A stretch of 64,000 nucleotides of DNA from an uncultured Leptospira sp. (GCA_964509195.1 CAZDWJ010000001.1:30311-94310), one strand, 5' to 3'. Counted from the first letter of the stretch, positions 48,642-59,100 are shown. Notes: generated by a model from the sequence alone, not told the origin. Numbers and translations are program-made.

Positions 48642-49310
48642 TTACTTGCCAACTTTATTTTTAATACGAGAGCGCAGCGCCTTTAAAAATACTTCCATTC
48701 CCTCACCAGTTTTTGCACTGACTTTGTATATCTCCATCTTTGGATTTGTACGCTTTACATTTTCCAACAATTCATCCATATTAAAATCCAAATATGGCAA
48801 TAAATCTATCTTATTAATTAACAGCGTATGGCAAGAGTTAAACATCAGTGGATATTTTACCGGTTTGTCTTCTCCTTCCGTTACACTTAAGACTACAATT
48901 CGCTCATCATCACCTAATTCAAATTCTGCAGGACATACCAGATTGCCAATATTTTCAATAATGACCACATCAATTTGGTCCAGATTAAATTTTTCAAGGC
49001 AGCCCATAATCCATGAACTTTCAAGATGGCATGCACCACCAAAAAGTTTTGTTTCAATCTGTACAATGGGAATATTATATTTTGCCAATTTCCGGGCATC
49101 ATTTGTTGTTTCCATATCCCCTTCAATGAGTGCAATAGCATAATCTGCCTTTAAATCTGCAATAACCTTATCCGTAATTGTTGTCTTCCCCGAACCAGGT
49201 GAACTCATGATATCCAGCATGTAGACTTTTTTCTCTTTTAAAAGTTTTCTGATTTCATCAGCTTTCTGGATATTGGATTCATAGATATTTTTTAAAACCT
49301 GAATTTCCAT
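48642..49310 (-). CDS. hypB: hydrogenase nickel-incorporation GTPase HypB
   Basis: P-loop SSPGSGKTT, GGACHL, ENIGNLVCPAEF, TEGEDKPVKYP and NKIDL. There is no His-rich or CXXCGC N-terminus. Confidence 0.92.
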   Translation of the reverse strand: MEIQVLKNIYESNIQKADEIRKLLKEKKVYMLDIMSSPGSGKTTITDKVIADLKADYAIALIEGDMETTNDARKLAKYNIPIVQIETKLFGGACHLESSWIMGCLEKFNLDQIDVVIIENIGNLVCPAEFELGDDERIVVLSVTEGEDKPVKYPLMFNSCHTLLINKIDLLPYLDFNMDELLENVKRTNPKMEIYKVSAKTGEGMEVFLKALRSRIKNKVGK

Positions 49311-49586
49311 ACTATATCTCCTCTTAAAATATTTGTACTCTTAATTGTCTGTTTTTTATCAAAAGATTCGTTATGTATTTCCATACTATTTTAACTACTA
49401 TATCACTTTTTTAAAATTTATATAATTTTTGATAATTCCCTTCTGACTTTTGCGCTATAAACCTGTATATCGAATGGGATATATAGAAACTGGATTTGAT
49501 TTTGTTTTAAGTCAAACAAAGTTGTGAAAATTCTATAAACAAAACCATTACAATAAAATTGTGGTAGTATGGTCAATTATTTATAA

Positions 49587-49625
49587 CAAAAAAACGGGAT
49601 TGCTTTTACAGCAATCCCGTTTTTT
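49587..49625 (-). terminator. strong rho-independent terminator after hydrogenase large subunit
   Basis: 10-bp perfect stem ACGGGATTGC/GCAATCCCGT with a 7-nt loop. It is flanked by A7 and T5, so a T-run follows on either strand. It lies 20 nt past the stop at 49645. Confidence 0.85.
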
Positions 49626-49644
49626 ATATCCACATTGAAAAATA

Positions 49645-51210
49645 TTAGCAAATCTTAAAGGTACCAATCTCCCTGTCACCTTCAACAATATGAACAGCAC
49701 AGGCTATACATGGGTCAAAGGAGCGAACTACGCGAGCAGCTTCAATTGGATTTTTAGGATCAGCTATAGGTGTGCCAAGTAACGCTTGTTCAACAGGCCC
49801 CAATTTGCCATCATCACCGCGAGGACCACAGAACCATGTTGTTGGAACAACACACTGGTAATTTGCAATTTTCTTGCCTTCAATTACTATCCAGTGCCCT
49901 AATGCACCACGAGATGCTTCGGTTAATCCTTCGCCCTGGCCTTTTTCAGGGATTTCATAGGTTGAACGCGGCATTGCTCCAACTTCAAGCTCATCCAACC
50001 ATTCATATGCCCTCTGGCAGAGCAGCTTACATTCAATAACGCGTGCAGCATGACGCCCTAATACTGAAAATACAGCATCAATATCAGCATTAAATACTTT
50101 GAGCAACGCATCAACTTCTTGTTTTATTTCCTTATGTCCACTTAAATAGTTTATTGCAACGCGCGCAAGTGGCCCCACTTCCATTGGCATGCCATCATAT
50201 CGTGGCGCTTTAAGCCAGGTGTATGCACCGGGTTTATGTGGATCTGGATTTGTCTGCCCCTGGTACGGATGTAGGTTAGTGCCTGAGTTATAACGTGCAA
50301 ACCTTACCTGTTCACGGATTTTTGATGAATCAAATTCTAAAACTTTCTTACCATCAAATACTCCACGTTTGAAGAAAAACTCTGTGAGTTCATCATTCTC
50401 TTCAAATACACCATATGACAGGAAGTTAGTATATTTACCTATTTTAAAATAATCACTGTAGGCTTTAGCCACTGCGATAATGTCGTTGTAATACACTTCA
50501 TTGACAAACTCTTCTACCTGTTTTAACAACTTCCTATACTGTCGTATTGCACTTCTTGTTGGAACCTGCGTTACACCACCTGGTACCAAGCCAACCATAT
50601 GAGGTGTTCTCCCACCAAAAATGCCTATCATCTGCTGAGCTTTTAAACGTACATCTAAAGCTTCAAGATAATGAGCAATAGCAGCAATATTCAGGTCCTG
50701 ATCCTTGATGTAAAAATCTCCTTCATATCGTGGTAAAAATGGTGCCACTGCAGTAATGGCATCCTGTCTGTTCTTCTTGACCTCAAGTTCATTCTTCGCC
50801 CAATCACGCACCGCTAATAGCTTTTTATCGCTGCCGTTGTATTTTAATATTGAAGTAATATCAACATAATCAAGGGCACAGAGATGATAGAAGTGTAAAA
50901 TGTGTGACTGCAGATAGTCAGCTGTCAGAATCAAATTCCTGAGCAATCTGCCATTCTTATTAGCCCGTATGCCAAATGCAGCATCTAAGCATTTACTTGA
51001 TGCAATGCCGTGTGGTGCAGGGCATACGCCACATATTCGCTGTGTTATCTGATTTGCATCAACGGGATTTCTCCCTTTTAGAATCATTTCATACCCGCGG
51101 AACATGTCGCCTTTGCTTTTTGCATCGACAACTTTTCCGTTCTGCACATCAACCTCAATTGATAGATGACCTTCTATTCTGGTAATGGGATCCAATAATA
51201 CCCTAGCCAT
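49645..51210 (-). CDS. periplasmic [NiFe] hydrogenase large subunit
   Basis: RIEGH, RICGVCP and the C-terminal DPCIACAVH Ni-binding motif plus a cleavable tail. The start is taken at the Met of MARVLLDP (51210), 6 nt after GGAGGTG. The ORF track starts at 51225. Confidence 0.93.
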   Translation of the reverse strand: MARVLLDPITRIEGHLSIEVDVQNGKVVDAKSKGDMFRGYEMILKGRNPVDANQITQRICGVCPAPHGIASSKCLDAAFGIRANKNGRLLRNLILTADYLQSHILHFYHLCALDYVDITSILKYNGSDKKLLAVRDWAKNELEVKKNRQDAITAVAPFLPRYEGDFYIKDQDLNIAAIAHYLEALDVRLKAQQMIGIFGGRTPHMVGLVPGGVTQVPTRSAIRQYRKLLKQVEEFVNEVYYNDIIAVAKAYSDYFKIGKYTNFLSYGVFEENDELTEFFFKRGVFDGKKVLEFDSSKIREQVRFARYNSGTNLHPYQGQTNPDPHKPGAYTWLKAPRYDGMPMEVGPLARVAINYLSGHKEIKQEVDALLKVFNADIDAVFSVLGRHAARVIECKLLCQRAYEWLDELEVGAMPRSTYEIPEKGQGEGLTEASRGALGHWIVIEGKKIANYQCVVPTTWFCGPRGDDGKLGPVEQALLGTPIADPKNPIEAARVVRSFDPCIACAVHIVEGDREIGTFKIC

Positions 51211-52207
51211 TGATGACACCTCCATTCTTAAGTTTTACTACAGTGCTGGCAATCTCAGGATGTAACTGCTGCAAATCATCATTGCTGGCAACAAGATGCT
51301 TGTAAATACCTCTGTTACCATAATCTGGGAATGGAGGTTCTGTACATCCAATACATCCCGAACCACAGCCAGTACAGGTATTCATTCCGCCAACCCATTT
51401 TCGGCTGGGGATATCACACCCTGTATCCATACCTAAGCAGCCCAAAAGATACAGACATCCTTCTTCACCCCAGTGTTTAGCAAAACGACCACGTTTATAA
51501 TCAGGTAACCGTTCGCACTTTTCATGTACAGTGGTGCCAAAATACATCAGTGGTCGGTTGTATTCATCAAGCTCTGGTATGCCCTTAAGCAACACATGTA
51601 ACAGTGTCCCCACCATCCAGTCTGGATGTGGCGGGCATCCTGGAATATTTATTACTTTCTTGTCAGGGAACATTTTTTGCAGCGATGTTGCACCAGTGGG
51701 GTTGTCTCCCGTTGCCCTGATTTTTGCACCAGGGATACCACCAAAAGCAGAACAGGAACCAACTGCTACCAATGCAATGGCATTTTTACCAAGCTTTTCT
51801 ATCCATTCACGGGCACCAATAAATCTTCCATCCATCTCACCAATGGTGCAATACTCATCAGATTTTGTTGGGATAGATCCTTCAACAATAAGTACAAAGT
51901 CTTTACGATTAGTTTTAACTGCATTTTCAAGAACCTGTATGGCGGCGTGTCCCGTACCACCACATAATGTCTGGTGATAGTTCAGGCTTATATACTCAGT
52001 AATAACAGTTGCAATATCAGGCTCCAGTTTATTCAAAAGCGAAACCGAACATCCTGAACAGGACTGCGCCTGGATCCATATAACATTGGTTCGCTCCGAA
52101 GCTTTCTGTAATGCCCTCTTGCAACCCTGAATGAGAACACTGGGGAATGCTACTGTTGCGGTTGTAGCCCCCATTATTTTTAAAAACTCTCTTCTATTTA
52201 GCGACAT
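51203..52207 (-). CDS. [NiFe] hydrogenase small subunit with Tat signal
   Basis: Twin-arginine signal NRREFLK and FeS cluster cysteines (CSGCS, GSCSAFGG, CPPHP, CxxC clusters near the C-terminus). There is no C-terminal TM anchor. Confidence 0.92.
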   Translation of the reverse strand: MSLNRREFLKIMGATTATVAFPSVLIQGCKRALQKASERTNVIWIQAQSCSGCSVSLLNKLEPDIATVITEYISLNYHQTLCGGTGHAAIQVLENAVKTNRKDFVLIVEGSIPTKSDEYCTIGEMDGRFIGAREWIEKLGKNAIALVAVGSCSAFGGIPGAKIRATGDNPTGATSLQKMFPDKKVINIPGCPPHPDWMVGTLLHVLLKGIPELDEYNRPLMYFGTTVHEKCERLPDYKRGRFAKHWGEEGCLYLLGCLGMDTGCDIPSRKWVGGMNTCTGCGSGCIGCTEPPFPDYGNRGIYKHLVASNDDLQQLHPEIASTVVKLKNGGVING

Positions 52208-52228
52208 GTAACAACCTCCTAATGTATG

Positions 52229-52696
52229 TTAATAAACAGTAACACTATCAAGAATCAAATCCACAACTTTTGGTATTGATTCTTCCACCGAAGGGCTTAG
52301 CATACTATCAAGTGACGATATATCCTCAGGGACAATTCCGATTACTTCAACTTCCGGCTGATATCCCTGAATCTTCAAAATCTTCAACACTTCAGCTATG
52401 CCCATTTCATGCAATGAAACCTGTGGTGATTGTGCTTTCAGGTGCTGTCCATTAAATTTATATATACTGCCGGGTCGGTCATTAACCTTTAATGCATCGA
52501 TAATAACAAGTTTATCATATCCCACCATATATGGAATGAGATTAAAACCAGCAGTACCTCCATCCATCACATCTACGCTAGCAGGGAGATGGATGTTTTG
52601 TTGTTGCAAATACTGCACCACATGTACTCCAACACCATCATCTTTTTGAAATACATTTCCTATACCAAGAATTAATGTTTTTTTACCACGTTTCAT
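52229..52696 (-). CDS. hydrogenase maturation endopeptidase (HyaD/HybD family)
   Basis: 155 aa. ILGIGNVFQKDDGVGVHVV, IIDA and the SLHEMG region. Confidence 0.88.
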   Translation of the reverse strand: MKRGKKTLILGIGNVFQKDDGVGVHVVQYLQQQNIHLPASVDVMDGGTAGFNLIPYMVGYDKLVIIDALKVNDRPGSIYKFNGQHLKAQSPQVSLHEMGIAEVLKILKIQGYQPEVEVIGIVPEDISSLDSMLSPSVEESIPKVVDLILDSVTVY

Positions 52697-52716
52697 TGCA
52701 CCTTAAATATATACCA

Positions 52717-53121
52717 TTAATTTTTAGCAATGTGACATTCGTTACACAACACAGGGCCTTTTTTAGACTGAGCATGACAATTAATGCACAAGCTATGAAT
52801 GGTATCCTCACCTTTTGCACCCTTATGACATTCTGCACACTGTTTTATCCTGTCATCATTTCCAACTTTGTGATGGCATACCACACACTTTATCCCTGCA
52901 TCTTCATGTATTTTATGTGACATTGGAACAGGATCCATTGCATTCATTGTTGCACTAATCCCCGATTGTTTGTCTTTTTCAGAAATAAACTTATTAACAT
53001 CGGTTACCGTGACAACATCGGTTGGGCTGGGATTAAAATCGGTTGTTCCTTGAGCACAACCAAATAGTATTGCAACGGATAGCATCCCTACACAAAACAC
53101 TAACAATCTGATTTTACTCAC
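52717..53121 (-). CDS. tetrahaem cytochrome c3-type lipoprotein
   Basis: Four CXXCH motifs (CVVCH, CAECH, CINCH, CNECH) in 134 aa. It has a lipobox ILFGCAQ and a GGAGG RBS. Confidence 0.85.
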   Translation of the reverse strand: MSKIRLLVFCVGMLSVAILFGCAQGTTDFNPSPTDVVTVTDVNKFISEKDKQSGISATMNAMDPVPMSHKIHEDAGIKCVVCHHKVGNDDRIKQCAECHKGAKGEDTIHSLCINCHAQSKKGPVLCNECHIAKN

Positions 53122-53699
53122 ATTTTACCTCCTTGATCGTTTAGTATTATCGCATACATAATTTTTAGTTACGCAATATTGATTTTAGGCAAAAAGCCAA
53201 TTAATGAGTAATTTTTATAACAATAGCATATAAGTCAATCATTAAATTTTCATATACGGCTTCTTCAAAGAAAAGTACTTACCCATGTTCCTGATTGCGG
53301 CACATGTAGAAAAAACTGCTTTTTCTTACTGCATTTTTTAAGGATAAAAGCAATTTTTAGATGTGCCCGTTACATTATAAACTTGCACGATTAGACTTTA
53401 ATCATCTGTTTGCAAAATATATAACTAATTAAACTCACTTTAGTGTTATCCTACAACATAACCATTATTTTGTCAATCGATTTTTAGTAATAAATAAAAT
53501 ACTTAATATCTTGCTTCAATTTACAAAGGTGAGTTTGGCACAATTTGACAGAGTTACTGTCCACTCACAATGAGGTGTTTTTGTTGCAAGGATTTTCTCA
53601 ATTATTATTCCAAAACCTCTTTCATTGATATTACTTTTTACAATTAAAAATAGTTTTTAAATGTACATATCATAAACACAATGTGCTACACTGTTTTTT

Positions 53700-55964
53700 A
53701 TGATAAGCCATTACTTCATACAGGTAAAAGGTATTGTTCAGGGTGTGGGATTCAGGCCATTTGTATACAACATTGCGCTATCCCACAACCTGTGTGGCAG
53801 TGTATCAAACGATACAGAAGGAGTTACTATCCACTTTGAGGGACCAGAACAGGAAATTCAAAACTGTATTAAAATTATACGTACAAATCCACCACCTCTG
53901 GCACAGATTATTGATATAAAAATTGAAAAACTACCTCCTGATGGTTTTACTAAATTTTCCATACTGCAAAGCTCCACCACCACAATCAAAGATGTGTTCA
54001 TCCCTCCTGATGTAGCAATTTGCCATGAATGTCTTGATGATTTCTTTGATGTTCACAACCGCCGATATCACTATCCATTCACCACATGCACGCACTGTGG
54101 TCCTCGTTTCAGCATCATTGATGATATTCCGTATGACAGACACAACACCGCAATGAAGGATTTTGTTATGTGCAGTCAGTGTCAGGTTGAATACAAAAAC
54201 CCTGCCGACCGCCGTTTCCACACACAACCCAATGCATGTGCCACATGTGGTCCTCATATTGTGCTGCGCGATAGTTCCGGCAACATACTCCAATCTGCCT
54301 TTGATGACGTCATCAGCCATTTGCAGATGCTTTTAAAACACCACATTGTTGCCATCAAAAGCGTCGGCGGTTACCATTTAGCCTGCGATGCCACCAATGA
54401 TAAAGCTGTTCTACTGCTAAGAGAAAGAAAGTCACGGCCTTTTAAGCCCTTTGCGATTATGGTATCATCTGTAGAATTTTTAGAAACCTTTTGCTCTGTC
54501 AGCCCAAAAGAAAAAGAACTGCTTCAAAGCAAAGAACGACCCATTGTCCTTGTGAAACTAAAAAATAATATCCTGAGCACTCACGTTGCACCAGGACTTA
54601 CCTACATTGGCGTAATGCTTCCATATACACCACTACAGTATATGCTGTTTCACAACAACGCTAAAAGCATTTATATAATGACCAGTGCCAACATATCCGA
54701 TGAACCTATTATCTACAACGACGATGATGCGCTGGAGCGTTTGCACTCAATTGCCGATTATTTTGTCACCTACAATCGCCAGATACTATCGCACACTGAC
54801 GACTCTGTTATGTATGTCGTTGACCACACACCATACTTTGTACGGCGTTCACGCGGTTTTGTGCCAGCACCCATTTTCATCAAAGCCACACCGGTTCACA
54901 TCCTTGCAACAGGCGGTGATTTAAAAAATAGCTTTGCACTGGCACGCAATAACTTCACCGTAGTAAGCCAGTATTTAGGAGATCTTTCCACCCCATGGGG
55001 CAATGAGTTATACCGAAAGACTATCGCCCACTTTTGTAAAATTTTTGATTTTTATCCCGCACTGGTAGTACACGATTTGCATCTCAATTACTTTACCACT
55101 ATGATTGCTTCTGAATACCAGCAGCAGGGAATACCGGTAAAAGCAGTACAGCACCATCACGCACACATAGCATCAGTGTGTGAAGAGCATAGAATCTATA
55201 CACCTGTTATTGGCATTGCATTTGATGGCACAGGATACGGCACTGACCATACACTGTGGGGCAGCGAATTTTTAATAGCTGATACCGCTTCATTTACCCG
55301 TGCAGCGCATTTTGACTATTTTGGGCTCCCTGGTGGAGAAAACGCCATCAAAGACCCATGGAAGATAGGCCTGTCATTGCTTTTGGCAGCTGGTATTGAT
55401 GACACACACTTTTTTCCTGAAAAGCGCGAAAAAGATTTTGTAAAAGAGATAATCCAAAAAAGTGTTAACTGTCCTGTCACCTGCAGCATTGGAAGGCTTT
55501 TTGACGGAGTTGCTGCTATTTTGGGAATTGCGCATCACATAAGCACAGAAGCAGAAGCTGCGATGTTACTTGAAGAAAAAGCTTTCAAAGCACCACACAC
55601 CACAGAAGCATTCCCTGTGCACATAAGGGAAAGCAGCGGTCTCATTATCGATACAGGCCACCTCATACAGGAAATTGTTTCTATGCGCAAGCTACAGGTG
55701 CCAGTTTCTACCATAGCGATGCGCTTTCATAAGGCAATAGCTGAAGTAACTATCGCCACAGCAGAAAGGTTAAGAGATTCATTTAAAATTAATACCGTTG
55801 TACTATCTGGCGGAGTGTTTCATAACAGGATACTGTTACACCTCATTACAACGGGATTACAAAAAAAATCGTTTGACGTAATTACTCCGCACAAACTACC
55901 ATGCAACGATGGAGGAATTGCACTGGGCCAGATTGCTATAGGAAGGGACACGTATGGACATTAA
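53700..55964 (+). CDS. hypF: [NiFe] hydrogenase maturation carbamoyltransferase HypF
   Basis: Acylphosphatase domain (VKGIVQGVGFRPFVYNIA). There are two zinc-finger pairs (CHECLDD..CTHCGPRF; CSQC..CATCGPH), then YrdC-like and Kae1-like domains. Confidence 0.93.
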   Translation: MISHYFIQVKGIVQGVGFRPFVYNIALSHNLCGSVSNDTEGVTIHFEGPEQEIQNCIKIIRTNPPPLAQIIDIKIEKLPPDGFTKFSILQSSTTTIKDVFIPPDVAICHECLDDFFDVHNRRYHYPFTTCTHCGPRFSIIDDIPYDRHNTAMKDFVMCSQCQVEYKNPADRRFHTQPNACATCGPHIVLRDSSGNILQSAFDDVISHLQMLLKHHIVAIKSVGGYHLACDATNDKAVLLLRERKSRPFKPFAIMVSSVEFLETFCSVSPKEKELLQSKERPIVLVKLKNNILSTHVAPGLTYIGVMLPYTPLQYMLFHNNAKSIYIMTSANISDEPIIYNDDDALERLHSIADYFVTYNRQILSHTDDSVMYVVDHTPYFVRRSRGFVPAPIFIKATPVHILATGGDLKNSFALARNNFTVVSQYLGDLSTPWGNELYRKTIAHFCKIFDFYPALVVHDLHLNYFTTMIASEYQQQGIPVKAVQHHHAHIASVCEEHRIYTPVIGIAFDGTGYGTDHTLWGSEFLIADTASFTRAAHFDYFGLPGGENAIKDPWKIGLSLLLAAGIDDTHFFPEKREKDFVKEIIQKSVNCPVTCSIGRLFDGVAAILGIAHHISTEAEAAMLLEEKAFKAPHTTEAFPVHIRESSGLIIDTGHLIQEIVSMRKLQVPVSTIAMRFHKAIAEVTIATAERLRDSFKINTVVLSGGVFHNRILLHLITTGLQKKSFDVITPHKLPCNDGGIALGQIAIGRDTYGH

Positions 55965-57012
55965 AAGGGAAGCAGCATTGCTGTCACACTACATCATTAA
56001 TAATCACGTTGCCATTATGGAAGTTTGCGGCACTCATACCACCGAATTTTTTCGCACCGGTGTAAAAGATATATTCCCACAAAACCTAAAACTCATTGAT
56101 GGGCCTGGCTGCCCCGTATGCGTCACCTCCAATGAGTATTTAGATACCGCGATTGCTATTGGCTGGCAGCATAATTGTATTATCGCAACCTTTGGCGATA
56201 TGATGAAGGTGCCATCTTCGTACAGTTCACTTGCAAAGGAAAAATCAAAGGGATTGCAGGTTGAAGTTGTGTACTCGCCTATGGATGCTGTTGAGATGGC
56301 TGATAGAAATCCTGATAAAAAATTTTTGTTCTTAAGCATTGGCTTTGAAACAACCGCACCAGCTGAGGCTGTGTGTATTCTTGAGGCAAAAAAAAGAAAT
56401 CTTAAAAATTTCTTTTTGCTTCCCGGCAATAAACTCACAGTACCTGCCGTAAAGGCATTGCTTGATTCCGGTGAGGTCAACATAGATGGCTTTATCCTGC
56501 CAGGGCACGTGAGTGCAATCATTGGCAAGAAAGCATGGGATTTTATTGCTACCGATTACGGCAAACCAGCGGTGGTTGCTGGCTTTGAAGACCATGACCT
56601 TATCCGCGGTACATTAATGTTACTTGAGCTTATACAAAGCGATACGCCAAAGGTTGTAAATGAGTACACCCGTGTTGTGCGCGACGAAGGGAATCCAAAA
56701 GCGCTTGAAATACTGTACAGCGTGTTTACAAAAGGCAATGCTCACTGGCGTGGCATAGGGATAATACCTGGAAGTGGCCTTGACCTTAAAGAAGAATTTG
56801 CTGACTTTGATGCAGGTATACAATTGAAAGCCGAAGTTCCTCCGCCAAAAGAACACCCTGGATGCCGTTGCGGAGAGCTTTTGCGCGGTGTAATAATACC
56901 CACTGAGTGCCCACTGTTTGGCAAAGCATGTACACCAGAACGTGCAGTTGGCCCCTGCATGGTTTCATCAGAGGGCCCATGTTCAGCATACTATAAGTAT
57001 GGGAGAAAGTAA
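55954..57012 (+). CDS. hypD: hydrogenase maturation protein HypD
   Basis: IMEVCGTHT, GPGCPVCV and GFETTAP motifs. 11-nt overlap with hypF. Confidence 0.92.
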   Translation: MDIKREAALLSHYIINNHVAIMEVCGTHTTEFFRTGVKDIFPQNLKLIDGPGCPVCVTSNEYLDTAIAIGWQHNCIIATFGDMMKVPSSYSSLAKEKSKGLQVEVVYSPMDAVEMADRNPDKKFLFLSIGFETTAPAEAVCILEAKKRNLKNFFLLPGNKLTVPAVKALLDSGEVNIDGFILPGHVSAIIGKKAWDFIATDYGKPAVVAGFEDHDLIRGTLMLLELIQSDTPKVVNEYTRVVRDEGNPKALEILYSVFTKGNAHWRGIGIIPGSGLDLKEEFADFDAGIQLKAEVPPPKEHPGCRCGELLRGVIIPTECPLFGKACTPERAVGPCMVSSEGPCSAYYKYGRK

Positions 57013-58011
57013 ATGGATATCATAGTTCCTGCTCACGGCAGTGGCGGCAAGCCAATGAATGACCTTATTGCCAATCTTATTACATCTATACTTGGCAGCC
57101 AAACCATCCAGTTAGATGACGCTGCCTGTCTTACCCTGCCGGGTAATTCCATTGCCTTTACCACTGACAGCTACACTATTACTCCAATTGAATTTTCAGG
57201 CGGCACTATTGGGAGTCTTGCCATTAATGGAACTGTCAATGACTTAGCCGTTATGGGAGCCATTCCTTTATATATCTCATGTGCACTTATCCTTGAAGAA
57301 GGCCTTGAAATTGAAACGCTACGGCGCATTCTTGTTTCTATGAAACAGGCAGCAACAAAGGCAGGTGTGGCGATAGTTACCGGTGACACCAAGGTGGTGC
57401 CAAAAGGAAAAGGTGACCGTATGTATATAAACACAGCGGGCATCGGAGTATTTAACAATCCACCGCAGCGAAGAACGATACAGCCTGGCGACAGCATCAT
57501 TATAAACGGAACTATTGGTGACCACGGCACTAGCATAATGGCACTGCGTAACAATCTTACATTCTCAAAAGGTCTTTCGTCTGATTGCGCTGCACTCAAT
57601 CACCTGATTTCAGATGTTATCGAACACTATCCTGATAGTATTAAATTCATGCGCGATGCAACGCGTGGCGGTGTAGCATCAATACTCAATGAAATTACGA
57701 AAAATGCACCATTTGGTGCTAAACTTATTGAAGACAATCTACCCGTAAAAGATGAAGTACGTGGCGTTGCCGAAATTTTAGGTATTGACCCATTATACAT
57801 AGCAAATGAAGGCAAGGTTGTTATGATAGTTGACAGCCGCTATGCAGATGGTATTGTGAAAGTGCTGAAAAAGCATCCTGAAGGCAAAGATGCTAACGTC
57901 ATAGGGCAGATAACCAGTGAATTTCACGGTAAAGCATATATAGAGACCAAAATTGGCGGCAAGAGGATATTACCTGTACTAATAGAAGAACAACTGCCCC
58001 GTATATGTTAA
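57013..58011 (+). CDS. hypE: hydrogenase maturation protein HypE
   Basis: AIR-synthase-like fold, DATRGG and the invariant C-terminal PRIC. It starts 1 nt after the hypD stop. Confidence 0.92.
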   Translation: MDIIVPAHGSGGKPMNDLIANLITSILGSQTIQLDDAACLTLPGNSIAFTTDSYTITPIEFSGGTIGSLAINGTVNDLAVMGAIPLYISCALILEEGLEIETLRRILVSMKQAATKAGVAIVTGDTKVVPKGKGDRMYINTAGIGVFNNPPQRRTIQPGDSIIINGTIGDHGTSIMALRNNLTFSKGLSSDCAALNHLISDVIEHYPDSIKFMRDATRGGVASILNEITKNAPFGAKLIEDNLPVKDEVRGVAEILGIDPLYIANEGKVVMIVDSRYADGIVKVLKKHPEGKDANVIGQITSEFHGKAYIETKIGGKRILPVLIEEQLPRIC

Positions 58012-58029
58012 TATAATGAGGAGAGAACC

Positions 58030-58263
58030 ATGTGTCTGGCTATACCAATGACAGTAAAAAAGATAGACGGAACAAAAGCTATCGTTGAGTCAATGGGAGT
58101 TGAGAAGCTTGTTGACATTGCTCTGACCCCAGATGTTAAAGTTAACGATAAGGTGATAGTTCATGCCGGTTTTATCATTGAAATTCTTGATCCTGAGGCT
58201 GCACGTGAAATAGAAGCAACCTGGGATGAATACACAACACTTCTTAAGCAAGAACACAAATAA
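58030..58263 (+). CDS. hypC: hydrogenase assembly chaperone HypC
   Basis: 77 aa with the N-terminal MCLAIP signature. GAGGAG RBS. Confidence 0.9.
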   Translation: MCLAIPMTVKKIDGTKAIVESMGVEKLVDIALTPDVKVNDKVIVHAGFIIEILDPEAAREIEATWDEYTTLLKQEHK

Positions 58264-59100
58264 ATGCGCACAATTTCGCCCGATGAGATTTACACTGCTG
58301 TAGCAGACCTTGTGGAACAGGCCAATTTTAATTTACCTGACCACGTGTATCAGGCACTATTAGCAATGCATACCGCTGAACAAAAACCATTAGCAAAAGA
58401 AACCCTTGATATACTGCTGCAAAACGCGCATATTGCTGCAACAAAGCACATTCCGCTGTGCCAGGACTGCGGCTCTGTTATAATATTTTTACAGATAGGC
58501 ACCGGCGTCATTATTAATGGCAACCCTGAAGAGATAATAAACAACGCAGTTGCCAACACCTACAAAAATCATTATTTGCGGCCTTCAATTGTGAAAGATC
58601 CCTTATTTGAAAGAACCAATACAGGCACCAACACACCTGCATTTATCCACACCGAAATTGTTGAAGGGGACTCTGTTTCTATTACTGTGTACCTGAAAGG
58701 TGGTGGATCTGAAAATATGACCGTATTAAAAATGTTTACACCAACAGCAAACACTGAAGAAATTATTGATTATATAGTCACCACTGTAAAACAGGCTGGT
58801 CCCAATCCCTGCCCACCGCTTTTTTTGGGTATTGGTATTGGTGGCACAGCTGACGTTGCCATGCTTAATGCAAAGAAGGCAGTGTTACAAACACAACCCC
58901 ATCACAACAATGACTATCGTATGCTTGAGGAAGAAATATTACTGCGCTGCAACAAAACCGCTATTGGCCCATTGGGATTTGGTGGGCACCATACAGTTGC
59001 CATGGTACGGATAAAAGAGGCCCACACACATATTGCAACGCTTCCCGTTGCTCTCAACCTTAACTGCCATTCTTTACGTTTCAGGTCGGCTACACTATGA
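58264..59100 (+). CDS. class I (Fe-S) fumarate hydratase / tartrate dehydratase, alpha (N-terminal-domain) subunit
   Basis: 278 aa. IPLCQDCG, LKGGGSEN and GIGIGGT motifs. Its ATG directly abuts the hypC TAA (TAAATG). Confidence 0.85.
   Translation: MRTISPDEIYTAVADLVEQANFNLPDHVYQALLAMHTAEQKPLAKETLDILLQNAHIAATKHIPLCQDCGSVIIFLQIGTGVIINGNPEEIINNAVANTYKNHYLRPSIVKDPLFERTNTGTNTPAFIHTEIVEGDSVSITVYLKGGGSENMTVLKMFTPTANTEEIIDYIVTTVKQAGPNPCPPLFLGIGIGGTADVAMLNAKKAVLQTQPHHNNDYRMLEEEILLRCNKTAIGPLGFGGHHTVAMVRIKEAHTHIATLPVALNLNCHSLRFRSATL

Noticed and set aside
49645-51210. Possibility of a [NiFeSe] hydrogenase with an in-frame TGA
   Set aside because: The C-terminal nickel ligand motif reads DPCIACAVH with ordinary Cys codons and the ORF is uninterrupted.
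53536-53550. TGGCAC-containing sequence in the cytochrome c3 / hypF divergent region that looked like a sigma54 -24 element
   Set aside because: The downstream element reads TTGA, two nt too close, instead of TTGC at the GG-N10-GC spacing. No enhancer-binding protein gene is nearby.
53570-53647. 25-codon Cys-rich mini-ORF (MRCFCCKDF...) upstream of hypF as a possible leader peptide
   Set aside because: There is no Shine-Dalgarno upstream and no associated terminator/antiterminator structure. It is likely a chance ORF in AT-rich DNA.
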